Of a DNA stretch of 64,000 nt, positions 31,129 to 43,022 are shown piece after piece (position 1 is the first letter of the stretch; each line of letters begins with the position of its first letter). Source of the stretch: an uncultured Planctomycetales bacterium. GTDB taxonomy: Bacteria; Planctomycetota; Planctomycetia; Pirellulales; PNKZ01. Made by a program: the position numbers and the translations under genes. The stretch covers positions 496,125 through 560,124 of the forward strand of contig CAVQAC010000015.1 of assembly GCA_963710365.1 (NCBI GenBank). The letters are read 5' to 3'. Under the pieces are notes generated by a model. The model searched no databases. It saw nothing but the letters and a program-made list of their open reading frames with translations, and was not told where the DNA came from.

Positions 31129-33033
31129 TTGAGCACGATGCCGCTGCTGTGCCAGGAAGGGCGCAAGCCAGGGAAGGTTCATGGGCGAGTTCTCGTCGCC
31201 ATGGCTCTGTTGGCCAGCCTTGCGCTGCACGCCGGGTGTAAGCACTGCGCGAGCCGTCCACAATGGAAAAACGGCGAATGCCAATACGATCGGAAGATTC
31301 AGGTCTCCCAATCCGGCCATTCGTACACAGTTCAACAATGCGACTATTCGTGCGCCATCGATACAGCCACTGAGCTGGCCAAGACCGCCAGCGTTTTGGA
31401 AGCGGCCGGCGATCCGGCTTGCGTGGACGTTTATTTTGAGGCCGTCTGTCGCGGCTGGTTGGACCTCGAAGCGCTCGGCAAAGACATTGCCACCGACGAC
31501 TACTTGTACGCGGCCGGCACTTATCATGCCAGCCTCGCCAAGTTGCTGACGACCGCCCAGCGCTATCGGCGCTGGAATCCGACCTCCGGCTTGCAGATCT
31601 TCCACGACGGCCAGCGGATGACGGTTCCCGTCGAGCGGTTCGGCTTTGCCTGGGGCGCGGAAGACTTCAACAGCTTCGAACTGATCGGCGAATACCGTCT
31701 CTCGAAATATGATAAGCCCGTGCGCAGCGATGGCCTCGGCGTGCCGTTGGTGGTCAAGCGCGTGCGGAGTGAGAGAGAAGAGTTCTTTCGACGCATTCAG
31801 CCCTTTTCCGCCACCGCCGTCTTGCGACTGCGGGGCGATGTCGCCTCGTCATGCGAGATCTACAACAAAGACGAGGACCGAGCGCGCTACTTCGTGCTGG
31901 AATTCTACAATCCGGCCCACTGCACGCGCGTGGCCGCCACGACGTCGCGCTGGCCGTTGGCCCGCGATCTCACGGCCCCCTTGGCGTGGCAGCGTGTCAA
32001 CGAACCCTACAACCCCGTCGAACAATACCTGAATCCCAATGTCCAGACTTCTCGACCCCAACTCGTCATGCTGGCGCCGTACCAGTGCGGCAAGATTCCG
32101 GTCGTCTTCGTGCATGGGCTGCTCTCCGATCCTGGAACCTGGATGCCGATGCGCAATCAACTGGACGCGGAATCCTGGTTTCGCGAGCGCTACCAGGTAT
32201 GGTTCTTCCGTTACCCGACCGGGATTCCCTTTCTGGTTAGTGCCGCTGCGCTGCGGCGCGAATTGAACGCGGCGCTGGCCTGTTGTCCCGGCGCCGCCGA
32301 TGATCCCGCCGCGCAGCACATGGTGGTCGTCGGCCACAGCATGGGTGGACTCATTTCAAAACTGCAAGTAAGCGACAGCGGCAATGACATCTGGAATTTG
32401 GCGGCCAATCGTCCGTTGGACGAAATCCGTGCCGATCCCGTCGACCGCGAGCGGCTGCGAGAAGTGTTTTTCTTCACCCCTCAGCCGTTTGTGCGTCGCG
32501 TGGTCATGATCGGCACGCCGCATCGTGGCTCGACGCTGGCTCGACGCGGCATCGGCCGCATTGGCTCTTGTCTGGCCCGGCCTACGACCGAAACCGACGA
32601 GCGCCAGCGGCGCGTAGTCCGCGAGAATCCGGGCGTGTTCCAGCCTTGGATCAGCCGTCGCGTGCCGACTAGCGTGGATTTGCTCGAGCCGGACAGTCCG
32701 CTATTGGCTGGCATGCTCAAGCTGCCGATCTGCCCTGACGTGCGGCTGCACTCGATCATCGGCGTGGCGCGCACGAATTCATTGCAAGGCCCGGGCGACG
32801 GGACCGTTTCCCTGGCCAGCGCCAGTCTACGGGGCGTCACTTCCGAAAAGCTGATTACCGCGACGCACGAGGAATTACACGACGTGGCGGCTTCCATCAT
32901 CGAGGTCGAGCGCATCTTACAGCAGCACCTTCGTGACTACGACATGCAGCTGAACAGCTCCGCTCGGTTTTCGCGTTGGTCGTCTGCGGCGAGCGCCTCT
33001 CGAGCCGGTGTGCCGGCCGTGCGTTCGCGATAA
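31129..33033 (+). CDS. Alpha/beta-hydrolase (lipase/esterase-like) lipoprotein
   Basis: 'VLVAMALLASLALHAGC' has a lipobox. 'VVFVHGLLSD' and the nucleophile elbow 'VVVGHSMGGL' are present, with a later 'GDGTVSL'. Confidence 0.75.
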   Translation: MSTMPLLCQEGRKPGKVHGRVLVAMALLASLALHAGCKHCASRPQWKNGECQYDRKIQVSQSGHSYTVQQCDYSCAIDTATELAKTASVLEAAGDPACVDVYFEAVCRGWLDLEALGKDIATDDYLYAAGTYHASLAKLLTTAQRYRRWNPTSGLQIFHDGQRMTVPVERFGFAWGAEDFNSFELIGEYRLSKYDKPVRSDGLGVPLVVKRVRSEREEFFRRIQPFSATAVLRLRGDVASSCEIYNKDEDRARYFVLEFYNPAHCTRVAATTSRWPLARDLTAPLAWQRVNEPYNPVEQYLNPNVQTSRPQLVMLAPYQCGKIPVVFVHGLLSDPGTWMPMRNQLDAESWFRERYQVWFFRYPTGIPFLVSAAALRRELNAALACCPGAADDPAAQHMVVVGHSMGGLISKLQVSDSGNDIWNLAANRPLDEIRADPVDRERLREVFFFTPQPFVRRVVMIGTPHRGSTLARRGIGRIGSCLARPTTETDERQRRVVRENPGVFQPWISRRVPTSVDLLEPDSPLLAGMLKLPICPDVRLHSIIGVARTNSLQGPGDGTVSLASASLRGVTSEKLITATHEELHDVAASIIEVERILQQHLRDYDMQLNSSARFSRWSSAASASRAGVPAVRSR

Positions 33034-33112
33034 GCCTCGCTCGCCGGCCCGGCGTCTCGGGCAGACGACGCAGGACGGCCGGCAATGTTCAGACGCACTC
33101 GGCAAGCGGCTC

Positions 33113-35624
33113 TTAAGATTCGCTCAGAATCCGCATCCCATAGAACGAGCGATGCACAAAGAACATGGAGATGAGCAGGAAGGTCACCGCCAAGGCAGTG
33201 GTCACACCGGCCCCTTCCTTTTCTGTAAGCGTGACGGCCAACGGCACGGCCAACAGGCCAAAGAGTGTGGTGAACTTGATGATCGGGTTCAGCGCGACCG
33301 ACGAGGTGTCTTTGAACGGATCGCCCACCGTGTCACCCACGACGCAGGCGTCGTGCAGATCGGTGCCCTTGGCCTTGAGTTCGGTCTCGACGATCTTCTT
33401 GGCGTTGTCCCACGCGCCGCCTGCATTGGCCATGAAGATTGCCTGATACAGTCCAAACAGCGCGATCGACACCAGGTATCCGATGAAGAAGTAAGGTTCA
33501 AGAAATGCGAAGCCCAGCGTCGAGAAGAACACAGTCATGAAGATATTGAACATCCCCTTCTGCGCATACTTCGTACAGATCTCGACCACCATCTTGCTGT
33601 CTTCTTTCGAGGCCGTGCGTACGGAGTCATCCAGCCTGATGTGGTCCTTGATGAACTCGGCCGCCCGGTACGCTCCGGTCGTGACGGCCTGGATGGAAGC
33701 GCCGGTGAACCAATAAATAACCGCTCCGCCGGCAATCAGGCCCAATAGAAACGGCGGATACAGGATCGAAAGGTGGGCCTCGAGTGCGGGCTCCAGTCCG
33801 TTGGTGAGCTCCAGGACGATCGAGAAGATCATGGTCGTCGATCCGACCACCGCAGTCCCAATCAGCACGGGCTTGGCCGTGGCTTTGAATGTGTTGCCGG
33901 CACCGTCGTTGGTCTCCAGGTTGTACTTGGCCAACTCAAAGTCGGGCACGAAACCAAATTCCCTCTCAAGATCCCGTTCGATGTTCGGTATGGTCTCAAT
34001 GGTGGACAGCTCGTAAACGCTCTGAGCATTATCAGTCACTGGACCATAGCTATCCACGGCGATGGTCACCGGCCCCATGCCGAGAAATCCGAACGCCACC
34101 AGTCCGAACGCGAATACGGACGGCGCGAGCATCATCTGCTCGTCGATTGTGGTGCTGATCTGATATGCCACGGCCATGAGGCCCAGGATGATCATTCCCA
34201 GCCAATAGGCGCTGAAGTTACCGGCCACCAGGCCGCTGAGGATATTCAACGAAGCTCCGCCCTTTTTGGACGACGTAACCACTTCCTGAACATGCGCACT
34301 GCTGGTGGACGTGAAAAGAGTGACGACTTCCGGGATGATCGCTCCGGCCAGTGTGCCGCAGCTGATAATTGCCGAGAGTTTCCACCACAGCGAGCTATCA
34401 CCGCCCAGCGTCGGGATCAGGGCGACCGATACCGCATAAGTGAGCAATACGGAAACGATGGACGTGATCCAAACTAGCACCGTTAATGGTGACTCAAAAT
34501 CAAAATGCCGGGCATCCTTGTACCTGGCCTTTGCCAGGGCATCGTTAATGAAATAGGAGCCGATGGACGCCACGACCATCATCACGCGCATCATGAAAAT
34601 CCATACCAGCAGCTGGATTTGCACCTGCGGTTCTTTGACGGCCAGCAGGATGAACGTGATGAGCGCCACGCCGGTAACGCCATAAGTCTCGAATCCGTCA
34701 GCCGAAGGGCCGACTGAGTCGCCAGCGTTGTCTCCTGTGCAGTCGGCAATTACGCCGGGATTGCGGGGATCGTCTTCCTTGATCTTGAAGACAATCTTCA
34801 TCAGATCCGCGCCGATGTCGGCAATTTTGGTAAAAATTCCGCCCGCGACGCGCAAGGCCGCGGCGCCCAGCGATTCACCGATGGCAAAGCCGATGAAGCA
34901 AGGGCCGGAATAGTCTCCCGGAATGAACATCAGGATGATGAGCATGAGCAGCAACTCGACACTGATGAGCAGCGCACCAATGCTGATGCCCGCTTTTAGC
35001 GGGATTGCATAGCACGGAAAGGCCTTGCCTTTCAAGCTGGCGAATGCCGTTCGCGAATTGGCGAAAGTATTAACGCGGATGCCGAACCAGGCCACGCCGT
35101 AGCTCCCCAGAATGCCGATTACGCTGAACAGCAAGATGATGCTTACCTTGGGCCAATCGAATTCCTGCAGATACTTGAAATAGAAGACAATGATGCTGCC
35201 GATGAAGATCCACAGCAGAAACAGGAACTTGCCCTGAGTGATCAGATACGTCTTGCAGGTTTCGTAGATGAGATCAGATACGTCTCGCATCGAGGAATGG
35301 ACGGGCAGGTTCTTGAGCTGCGCAGATCACCAAACCGAACACCAGCCCAAGGGTGGAAACGACCAGTCCCGCAAACAGCAGATCTCGGCCGCCGATCTGA
35401 TCGCCCAGGAACTTGGCGGCATTCAGATCGGGCAACTTCAAATTGGCTTCATTGCCTCCATGGTGCTGCGTCTCGGCGGCAATGGCTGGCTCGGCCAATG
35501 CGACGAGGAATAAAAGCGCGAACGCACCCTGGAAACAGGCTGCTAGCAAGGATCGCGGGATTCCAAGCGGGAATGACTTATGCGGGTTTCTCTGTCGCCG
35601 TTGAAAACGGTAGCACAAGCACAT
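33113..35624 (-). CDS. hppA: Membrane-bound proton/sodium-translocating pyrophosphatase, one frameshift near 35315
   Basis: 'DNAGDSVGPSADGFETY', 'AGGAWDNAKK' and 'GDTVGDPFKDTSSVALNPIIKF' are present. The N-terminal 'GLVFGLVI' + 'SAQLKNLPVHSSMRDVSDLIYETCKTYL' junction requires a 1-nt correction. The exact start is uncertain. Confidence 0.9.
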
Positions 35625-36090
35625 GCGACGATAGTCCTCTGGTAATCGGAAACGGTACCGCAGGGATCAAGGGATAGGCGATAAAGACTATCTGTCCAGC
35701 CGCTATGACGCAACCGCTCCTTGCGACGCCGGCCTGCCTTGATGCTCTAAGCGACCGGTGTTCAAATCGACCTGAAACGCTTGAAACCTGCTCGTTTTAT
35801 GGCCGAGTGTCAACACGACCGCCAGGGCCTGGTGCGCCGCCGGCCAGACGGTGACGAACATTAGACTCGCAGGGCACCCGCTTTCGGTGTCCCGACCCGG
35901 ATCGCGAACCAGGCCCTGGATCTTCGGAGGATCCCACGCTATCCGCTATACCATTCGTGCATCGTTGGTATCAGGGTCGGCAATTGGAATAGTGCCGGCT
36001 GGTTTACGAAAGCCGCAAATGACATGCGGTTGCCCGCTCTGGACACGTGACGTATTCTGATTGGGCGTCCGAGTCCGTGAGGGAGCGATT

Positions 36091-36411
36091 ATGCCAACAC
36101 CCGTGACGGTCAACATCAGCCACAACCTGGGCAAGGCGGAAGCCCGTCGCCGTATCGAGGATGGATTCGGCTCGATCCAGCAATCCATGTCCGGCGGGTT
36201 GATGGGGATGCTGTCCTTTCAAAAGCGATGGGAGAATGACCGGCTTCATTTTGAAGGCGGCGCTCTCGGCCAGAAAATGTCCGGGTCGCTCGAGGTGTTG
36301 GAAAACTCGGTGCAAATCCAGATCAATCTTCCGGACCTGCTCGCTTCAATCGCCGACCGGATGAAAGGATCGCTGCAGAAGCAGACGCAACGGCTGTTGG
36401 AGAAGAAATAG
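36091..36411 (+). CDS. Polyhydroxyalkanoic-acid-system-family small protein
   Basis: GAGGGAG precedes the ATG at 36091. 'VTVNISHNLGKAEARRRIEDGF...RLHFEGGALGQKMSGSLEVLENSVQIQINLPDLL' resembles the PHA_gran_rgn family layout. Confidence 0.6.
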   Translation: MPTPVTVNISHNLGKAEARRRIEDGFGSIQQSMSGGLMGMLSFQKRWENDRLHFEGGALGQKMSGSLEVLENSVQIQINLPDLLASIADRMKGSLQKQTQRLLEKK

Positions 36412-36523
36412 CCAGTACCTGTCGAGTAGCAATCCGAGCAATTTCATCGCTTGCGATTGTTGCTTTCTCAATGACCGCCTACTCTGACCGGTTCGTCGCA
36501 CACTCAGATCAATGGAGTATAAC

Positions 36524-36814
36524 ATGGCGAAGAAGAATCTTAATGGTCGAAAGTCGAACGGTGCAGCAGGGATTGCAGTCATCGAAGACCCGGCTGAACT
36601 GAATCAGGCTCCCGAAACCGCGGGCCGCGCAACTCACGAGGGCGAAACGACCCACTCGAAACCGAAGAGGAAAGCTAAAGATAATCAACCGTCCCATGGC
36701 AGTTTTGGGGTCGGCGAGATTCGCAAAGCGGCTGTTTTCGCCAACTCGATCGGCGGGTTGGACAAGGCGATCGCCCTGCTCCAGATTCTGAAAGTAGCGA
36801 AGGAAGTGCAGTAA
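36524..36814 (+). CDS. Small hypothetical protein
   Basis: GGAG lies 6 nt upstream of the ATG at 36524. The N-half is charged and low-complexity, and the C-terminus 'VGEIRKAAVFANSIGGLDKAIALLQILKVAKEV' looks helical. No known family. Confidence 0.45.
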   Translation: MAKKNLNGRKSNGAAGIAVIEDPAELNQAPETAGRATHEGETTHSKPKRKAKDNQPSHGSFGVGEIRKAAVFANSIGGLDKAIALLQILKVAKEVQ

Positions 36815-36815
36815 G

Positions 36816-36838
36816 CGAGCAAATTAAAAGTTTGCTCG
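36816..36838 (+). terminator. Weak hairpin after the small ORF
   Basis: CGAGCAAA-TTAAAAG-TTTGCTCG (8-bp stem) starts 2 nt after the stop at 36814. Only an interrupted T tract follows. Confidence 0.3.
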
Positions 36839-36935
36839 ATCGTTATTGGCGGTCCGGCCCGCCGCCACCGGGATGGCAGAGACGGCGAGCAGCGTCGAAT
36901 TCCAATGTCGCCGCCCAATTCTTGTCGGACGAGTC

Positions 36936-39598
36936 TTATTTCGAGTGAAATGCCTCGCTCGCAACGAGTGCCTGAATTAACTCACGCAGAGCGAAGTCTT
37001 TCTCCCGCGATTGGTTGGCGATGCTGGCCGCGAGATCCTCATCGGCGAACCCGAAAGGTCTGCCGAGCGCATATTCGATGAGGGCTTCCGTAAACCCCCG
37101 CACAAAGGCATCCGACTTCGACGCGACAATGTCGCGCAGCTCGAAATAGTTTTTGAACGCCGGACCGTTGTGGAATGCGGCGGCCGGATCGACGGGCCAG
37201 GTCTTTTTCACCCCGCCCATGCGCTCATAGGTGTCCTCCGTGCGCCACTTGCCCGCTGCGTCGAAGTTTTCCAGGCCAAAGCCGATGGGGTCGATTTTGC
37301 GATGGCAGTTCGCGCATTGCGGCTCTTCTTGATGTGCTCGCATCCGCTCGCGCACGTTCAGCACCTTGCCTTCGAGCCGCGCAAGCTGCGGGCACATTGG
37401 GCGGCGCGGGCGGCGGCGGGTCGTGGAGCAGTTTGCGCAGCACCCACGCGCCGCGCTCGACCGGGCTGGTGTATTGGCCGTTGCCCCCCATCGCGAGGAT
37501 CGCCGCCATGCCGAGCAGTCCGCCACGCGGCGAGCCGGCGGGCAGCGACACTTTGCGGAACGCATCGCCGCTCACGCCATCGAGTCCGTAGTAACTGGCG
37601 AGCAAGCCGTTGATGACCACGAAATCGGACTTTAACAAGCGGCGCAGGCTGAAGGTTCTCGCGCAGCAGGCAGGACATGGTTTGATAAACTTCTTCGCGA
37701 GCGGCGGCCTTGGTGCTGTCGTCGAAGCCGCGATGGAGCCGGAAGTCGAACTGGAAGAAATCCAGCCGATCCATGCCGAGCCACTGATGCGTGAAGCCGG
37801 AGGCAAATTGCCGCGACTTGTCGTCAGCGATCATGCGATCCACTTGCGCGGCGAGCACGGCGGGGTTTTGCAAGGCATCGCTGCGAGCGAGGGCGAGCAG
37901 TTCGTCGTCCGGCGGCCCGCTCCACAGAAAATAAGAAAGGCGACTGGCAAGTTCGAAACTATTGAGCCGGCGATGCCCTCGCTCGGTCGACGGCTCGCGC
38001 AGATAAAGGAAGCCCGGTGAGGCCAGGACAACGCTGAGCGGCTCTTTCAACGCTTCTTCGAACGAGTCTCCCCTGCTGCGGCGGGTCTCGAACAGCGACA
38101 TCGAGCCGGTCGAGATAATCAGCGCGATGGCTGCACGCCGCGAAAGGCACGCGTGGCAAAACGCTCGATTGCGCGCATGCGCTCCGGCGCGATCCTGCGT
38201 GGAGACGGCAGAGCAAGGCAACCGTCGGCACGTTGCGAGGTCGCAGGCCCCTCGATTTCCAGCCAGTCAATCCACACGGCCGGCACCGGGCCGTGACCGG
38301 TTTTCTCAAACTCGTCGTGGTAGCTGCGGATCTCCGCCGTGCGCGAATTCGGGCGTTTCTCTCGCACGGCAAACTCACGCTTGCCGCTGGTGCCCACTTC
38401 CACGGGCAGCTCGATGATTTGTGGCTCGCGCTAAGGTGCCGGTCACCTGATGCGCACTAAGCACGGTGAAGTCGCTCACGTCGTCGCCGCGCTGGCCGAC
38501 CTCGACAAAGCGTCGCTCGCTCGGCGCGGCGTCGTTGGCGGCCACGCGCATGCGCAAGATATAGCGACCGGCCGGCCACTGTGCTCGCCCGCCGAGACGT
38601 AGGTCTCACGATACGCCTGGTAAAAGAGCAGCCAGGCGCCGGTTTCGCGGTTCGGCAGCCGTTGATAGTCGGCGTAATAGCTGAAAAGTCCTTGTATTGC
38701 ATTCTCGTCGAAGAAGGCGGCCTGCGCGTCCTTGAAGCCGAACTCCGTCGGCGATGGTGCGCCGCTTGATCTGATCCCAGTCAAGATAGAACAGCAGCGG
38801 CGTCGCATAGGGAATGCCGGACGACGGGCGCGGCTTCTCGGCTTTCTTCCGCAATTGCTCGGCGATCTTCAGGTTCTCCGGGCGCTTCGCCGCTTCATCG
38901 ACCTCGGCCGTCCAGCGTACGTAGTTGTCGTGACATCTCCTTGTCCTGCTCGAACAGGCCGTTCATTCGTCTTGTTGCCGACAACCTCTGCTTCCGTGCG
39001 TGCCTTGAACGGTTGCTGCTGGCCGGCCGAGACGCGGGCAAAATGGTCGTCCAGCGCATGACGACCAAGCGCAAGGTACTGCTCGATCTGATCGCTCGAC
39101 ATGAACAGCGACGCACCGACCGTATCGAACGTGCCGGTGCCGCCGTCGGTCGGCAAATCGCGCACGTCGATCTCGACGCCGAGCAGATCGCGGATGGTAT
39201 TCCGGTATTCGCGTTGATTGAGTCGTCGCAGAGTGATGCGGCCTCCCTGGTCGCCGATGATCTTCCGCGCCGTCGCACAGCGTCTGCGACAGCGCGTCGA
39301 GGAATTCCGTTTTCCGTCCGCGATCAGGCTGCTTCGCGTCCTCGGGAGGCATTTCGCCGGAGTTGAGCTGGTTCAGAATCTTCTGCCAGCGGTCCGCCTC
39401 CTCGACGGACTTGATGACAAACGAAATCGTCATCCAGTCGCAGCTTGCCTTCTTGTTTCTCGGCGCCGTGGCACTGCGAAGCAGTAGTCTTTGAAGAACG
39501 CTCGCTGCGTTTCGTCGAGACGTGCCTGCGCCGGCTCCGCAGCCTGTGCCTGCGACGAGACAGAGGAAAACCAATGCGATCAGCAAGGACACTCTCAT
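36936..39598 (-). pseudogene. DUF1592-group multidomain protein with CxxCH N-terminus (copy 1), at least 13 frame changes
   Basis: Blocks can be traced across frames: 'MRVSLLIALVFLCLVAGTGC', 'FFKDYCF/QCHGAEKQEGKLRLDD', 'NQLNSGEMPPEDA', 'RRLNQREYRNTIRDLLGVE', 'SFELASRLSYFLWSGPPDDELL', 'GGLLGMAAILAMGGNGQYTSPVERGAWVLRKLL' and '[25 protein letters not shown]'. The ATG overlaps the upstream stop (ATGA at 39595-39598). Confidence 0.8.
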
Positions 39599-40891
39599 GC
39601 CCGCAGCTCCTTCACCACGCCAGTGCTGTCGCCATGACGTTCCGCTTCGATGCCGAGGCCGTGCAAGACTGTCAGCCAGGCATTGCACAGCGGCGTGCTC
39701 CGCGGCAACACGAGGTGCTGGCCAAGCTTGAGGCCCGCGCCCCGCCCTGCGAAAATCATCGGGCAGTTGTCGAGGTAATGGACCGTGCGAATGTTGCTGC
39801 CGTAGGCCAGCACCGTATGGTCGAGTAGCGAAGCTGCCGTCGGGCTCCTTGGTCGCTTTGAGCTTATCGAGCAGCCCGGCGAGCAACTCGCTCTGCGCCA
39901 CATCGCGACGCTGCGAAGCCTCGAGACGCTCGCCCGTCGTGTAATGGGTCATGTCGTGTGCGGCGATCTTCAGGCCGAGACTTCCCAGCAGCGTTCCCAC
40001 CGGTTGCCGATAAGTAATGACCCGCGTGGTGTCGGTCTGGAGCGCGACGACGATCAGGTCATACATGAGCTCGATCTCGTCGCGACCGGCGAGGCCAGGT
40101 TTCGGCTCGGTCAGCGAAGACTTCGCCTTTGGAATGGGGAGCCATTGCTCGTCCTTGGCGAGACGGGTCTCGATGTCGCGGACGCTTTGAAAGTATTCGT
40201 CGAGTTTGTCGGTGTCGGCTTTGTTGAGGCCGCGTTGCACACGTCGGGCATCGGCCAGCACGGCATCGAGCACGCTGCGCTTTTGCGCGAGCATGGCCTG
40301 CCGCTGAGCCAGCGGCACCGTCTCGTCGGAGAACAGGCGATGATAGGCGACCAGGGGATTCTCCATGCCCGCAAGCGGCTTGCCGCCGCGCGTCCCAGGC
40401 CAGCGAGAGGCCCGGGCCATGTCCGTTCGCCACGCCATCCGGGCTGCTCAACTGAATCGAGGCGAACCGCGTATCGGTCCCAAGTCGTTCGGCGACGACC
40501 TGATCGGCTGAGATGCTATTGTGAAAGCTCTGGCCTGGCTCCGCATAGCGGTTCGCCCCGGTGAGCCAGAACGTGCTGCCCCAGTGGGCTTCGTTGGCAA
40601 ACTTATTGGTGAGCCCCTGCACTACGGTGAAGTCCGCTTTGTGCCGCGCGAGCGGCGCCAGCCCTGGCGGAAGCGTGTAATCCGGCCCAGTCACTTTCGC
40701 GTCGGGCATCCACGTTTCCTCGCGTCACTCCCCAGCCAAAGCCCAGGAAGACGGCCCGCTTGGGCCGCGCTGCGGTGGTTGGCGGCAGCCGACGCAAAGC
40801 GACGGAAGCCGATGGATTCCAGCGCCGGCAGCGCGAGGATGCTGCCCGCCGCGCAGAGCAAATGGCGTCGACTAAGGCGGTTGGTTTTCAT
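39595..40891 (-). pseudogene. DUF1552-family Tat-signal protein (copy 1), at least 4 frame changes
   Basis: 'MKTNRLSRRHLLCAAGSILALPALE', 'PKRAVFLGFGWGVT', 'FTVVQGLTNK', '[11 protein letters not shown]' and 'LLDHTVLAYGSN' lie in different frames. The HxxSHH position reads 'HDMTHY'. Confidence 0.8.
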
Positions 40892-41596
40892 GAGGATCTG
40901 ATCCTTGGGTTCGCGCGCCGTACCGCGCCATAGTTGAATCCCGGTAGGGCTCGGTCACGCCCTTCCATGGAAGGCCGGATCACTTGCTGAACCGCGGTAT
41001 GGCGGAAAAATCAGGGTAGCACAGGGCGCGACGGCGGTGGGGGCTATTTCGCCGCGGCCACCCTGCGTGATTTCAACGGCAGGCGGGGGAATCTCTACCG
41101 TTGATTGTAGCTGGAATGGCTTGAGGAGGAAAGCATTTGCGCCAGCCGACCAGGGAGTCTGAAGACTGAGACGATGCCAGTCCCGTGACCAGCTGGGGCC
41201 ACCGGGTACACCGATCTCCGACGCGAGTTTTTACGGTGGCTGCCATCGGTAGCAGAGGTACGCATTCTGCGTCAGTCGCGTCGATCAAAGACTCGGCGCT
41301 GTTGCAATTCTTGACCAGAGAATCCATCGTCGGGCCCTCGTTTTGAGCGGTTCCATCAATGCCATGTGGAAATCTCATGCCTTGGATGGGGAGAGTCGGC
41401 CCGACCCGCCGTCTTGGCTGAATCGGCAGGACCTCCTGGGCGTGATCCACCCGGGAGTGTGCCAAGCAATCGGTTCCAAACTGATTCGCATCGCGGGATC
41501 GTAGGAGGTAAGATAGCTAATCCGTAGCGTTGCCAGGAATCCTCGGCTAATGCTTTCGCAACTCGTTGATCCCTCCACCCATTGATTTTGATTACC

Positions 41597-42856
41597 ATGC
41601 GACTTGTCTGCTCCGCTTTGATTGGCATCGCGGCTTTGATCTGTGGGCCGGGGACTTCCCGGTCGGCCGACACGAACTGGCCACAGTTCCGCGGTCCGCT
41701 AGGTAATGGCCAATCGTCGGCCAAGGGCCTGCCACTGAAATGGAACGAGACCGAGAACGTCCGCTGGAAAGCTCCGATCCACGGCAAGGGCTGGTCGTCG
41801 CCGGTTGTTTGGGACCGGCAGATTTGGCTCACGACCGCCACCGAAGACGGCAAGCAACGGTTTGCCGTGTGCGTCGATGCCGAATCGGGCCGGGTCGTGC
41901 ATGACATCGTGGTCATCAACGATCCCGATCCGCAGTTCTGCCACCCGATGAACAGCTACGCTTCGCCGACGCCGGTCATCGAAGCCGGTCGCGTCTATTT
42001 GCACTTTGGCAGCGCGGGAACGCTTTGTCTCGACACGCAGACGGCCAAGACGCTGTGGATGCGGCAGGATCTGCCCTGCAACCATTATCGTGGCGCGGCC
42101 TCGTCGCCGATTCTGTTCGAGAATCTTTTGATCGTGTCCTACGACGGTTATGACCAACAGTATGTAGTGGCCTTCGATAAGCAAACCGGCAAAACCGTTT
42201 GGAAGCGTGACCGGGCCATCACGACCTACAAAAGCGACGACGGCGACACCAAGAAGGCATATGGCACCTGCTCCGTGTTCGACGTGGCGGGTCGATTGCA
42301 GTTGATTGCGCCCAGCGCCGAGGCGACGATGGCTTATGATCCGCGCACGGGCAAAGAACTGTGGCGCGTGCGTCATGGCGGCATGAACGCTTCGGCTCGG
42401 CCACTTTTCGGCGACGGCCGGTTGATCCTCAATACCGGCGCCGGCGGTTTGAAGCTCTTGGCCGTTGACCCGCAGGGGGAGGGAGACATTACCGACACGA
42501 ACATCGTCTGGAAATATGCCAAGACCGTTCCCACGCGCTCGTCGCAGTTGCTAATCGGCGGCTTGTTGTTCATGGTCAATGATTCCGGAATCGCGTCCTG
42601 TCTCGATGCCGAAAAGGCGAAACAAAACTGGCAGGAGCGTTTCGGGGGCGACTATTCGGCCTCGCCCATCTACGCCGACGGGCGAATCTACTTTTTCTGC
42701 CAGGATGGCCGCACGCCGGTCGTCGAGCCGAGCGCCACGTTCAAGCTGCTGGCCGAGAACAAACTAGGCGATGGTTACATGGCTTCGCCAGCCGTCACGG
42801 GCAAGGCGTTCATCCTCCGCTCGCGTTCACACCTTTATCGCGTGGAGAGCCATTAG
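41597..42856 (+). CDS. PQQ-like beta-propeller repeat protein, secreted
   Basis: Signal 'MRLVCSALIGIAALICGPG' followed by 'NWPQFRGPLGNGQS...WKAPIHGKGWSSPVVWDRQIWLTTA', typical of planctomycete PQQ-like propeller proteins. Confidence 0.8.
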   Translation: MRLVCSALIGIAALICGPGTSRSADTNWPQFRGPLGNGQSSAKGLPLKWNETENVRWKAPIHGKGWSSPVVWDRQIWLTTATEDGKQRFAVCVDAESGRVVHDIVVINDPDPQFCHPMNSYASPTPVIEAGRVYLHFGSAGTLCLDTQTAKTLWMRQDLPCNHYRGAASSPILFENLLIVSYDGYDQQYVVAFDKQTGKTVWKRDRAITTYKSDDGDTKKAYGTCSVFDVAGRLQLIAPSAEATMAYDPRTGKELWRVRHGGMNASARPLFGDGRLILNTGAGGLKLLAVDPQGEGDITDTNIVWKYAKTVPTRSSQLLIGGLLFMVNDSGIASCLDAEKAKQNWQERFGGDYSASPIYADGRIYFFCQDGRTPVVEPSATFKLLAENKLGDGYMASPAVTGKAFILRSRSHLYRVESH

Positions 42857-43022
42857 CGATTGTTCTTGACGGGGATTTGCGGGCGTTTAGGATTCAGGCA
42901 AACTATGGCTCCAACCATCGGAGCGTGATTGGGCTTCGCGAGTTTTTTTCTCAAAATGCCGGCTTTTTATGTTGAATCGAATTGCTGCCTGCGCCATGGG
43001 TACTGGACGGCCCAACGGAGAA

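Noticed and set aside
33008-34477. Plus-strand ORFs 33008..33748 and 33773..34477
   Set aside because: They are shadow ORFs antisense to the pyrophosphatase gene.
41073-41465. 130-aa minus-strand ORF in the gap between the DUF1552 copy and the PQQ-propeller gene
   Set aside because: No motif, signal or RBS. It probably falls in the promoter region for two divergent genes.
42900-42950. Hairpin GCTCC-AACCATC-GGAGC plus a T7 tract as a terminator for the propeller gene
   Set aside because: The T tract lies about 20 nt after the hairpin and no stable stem directly precedes it.
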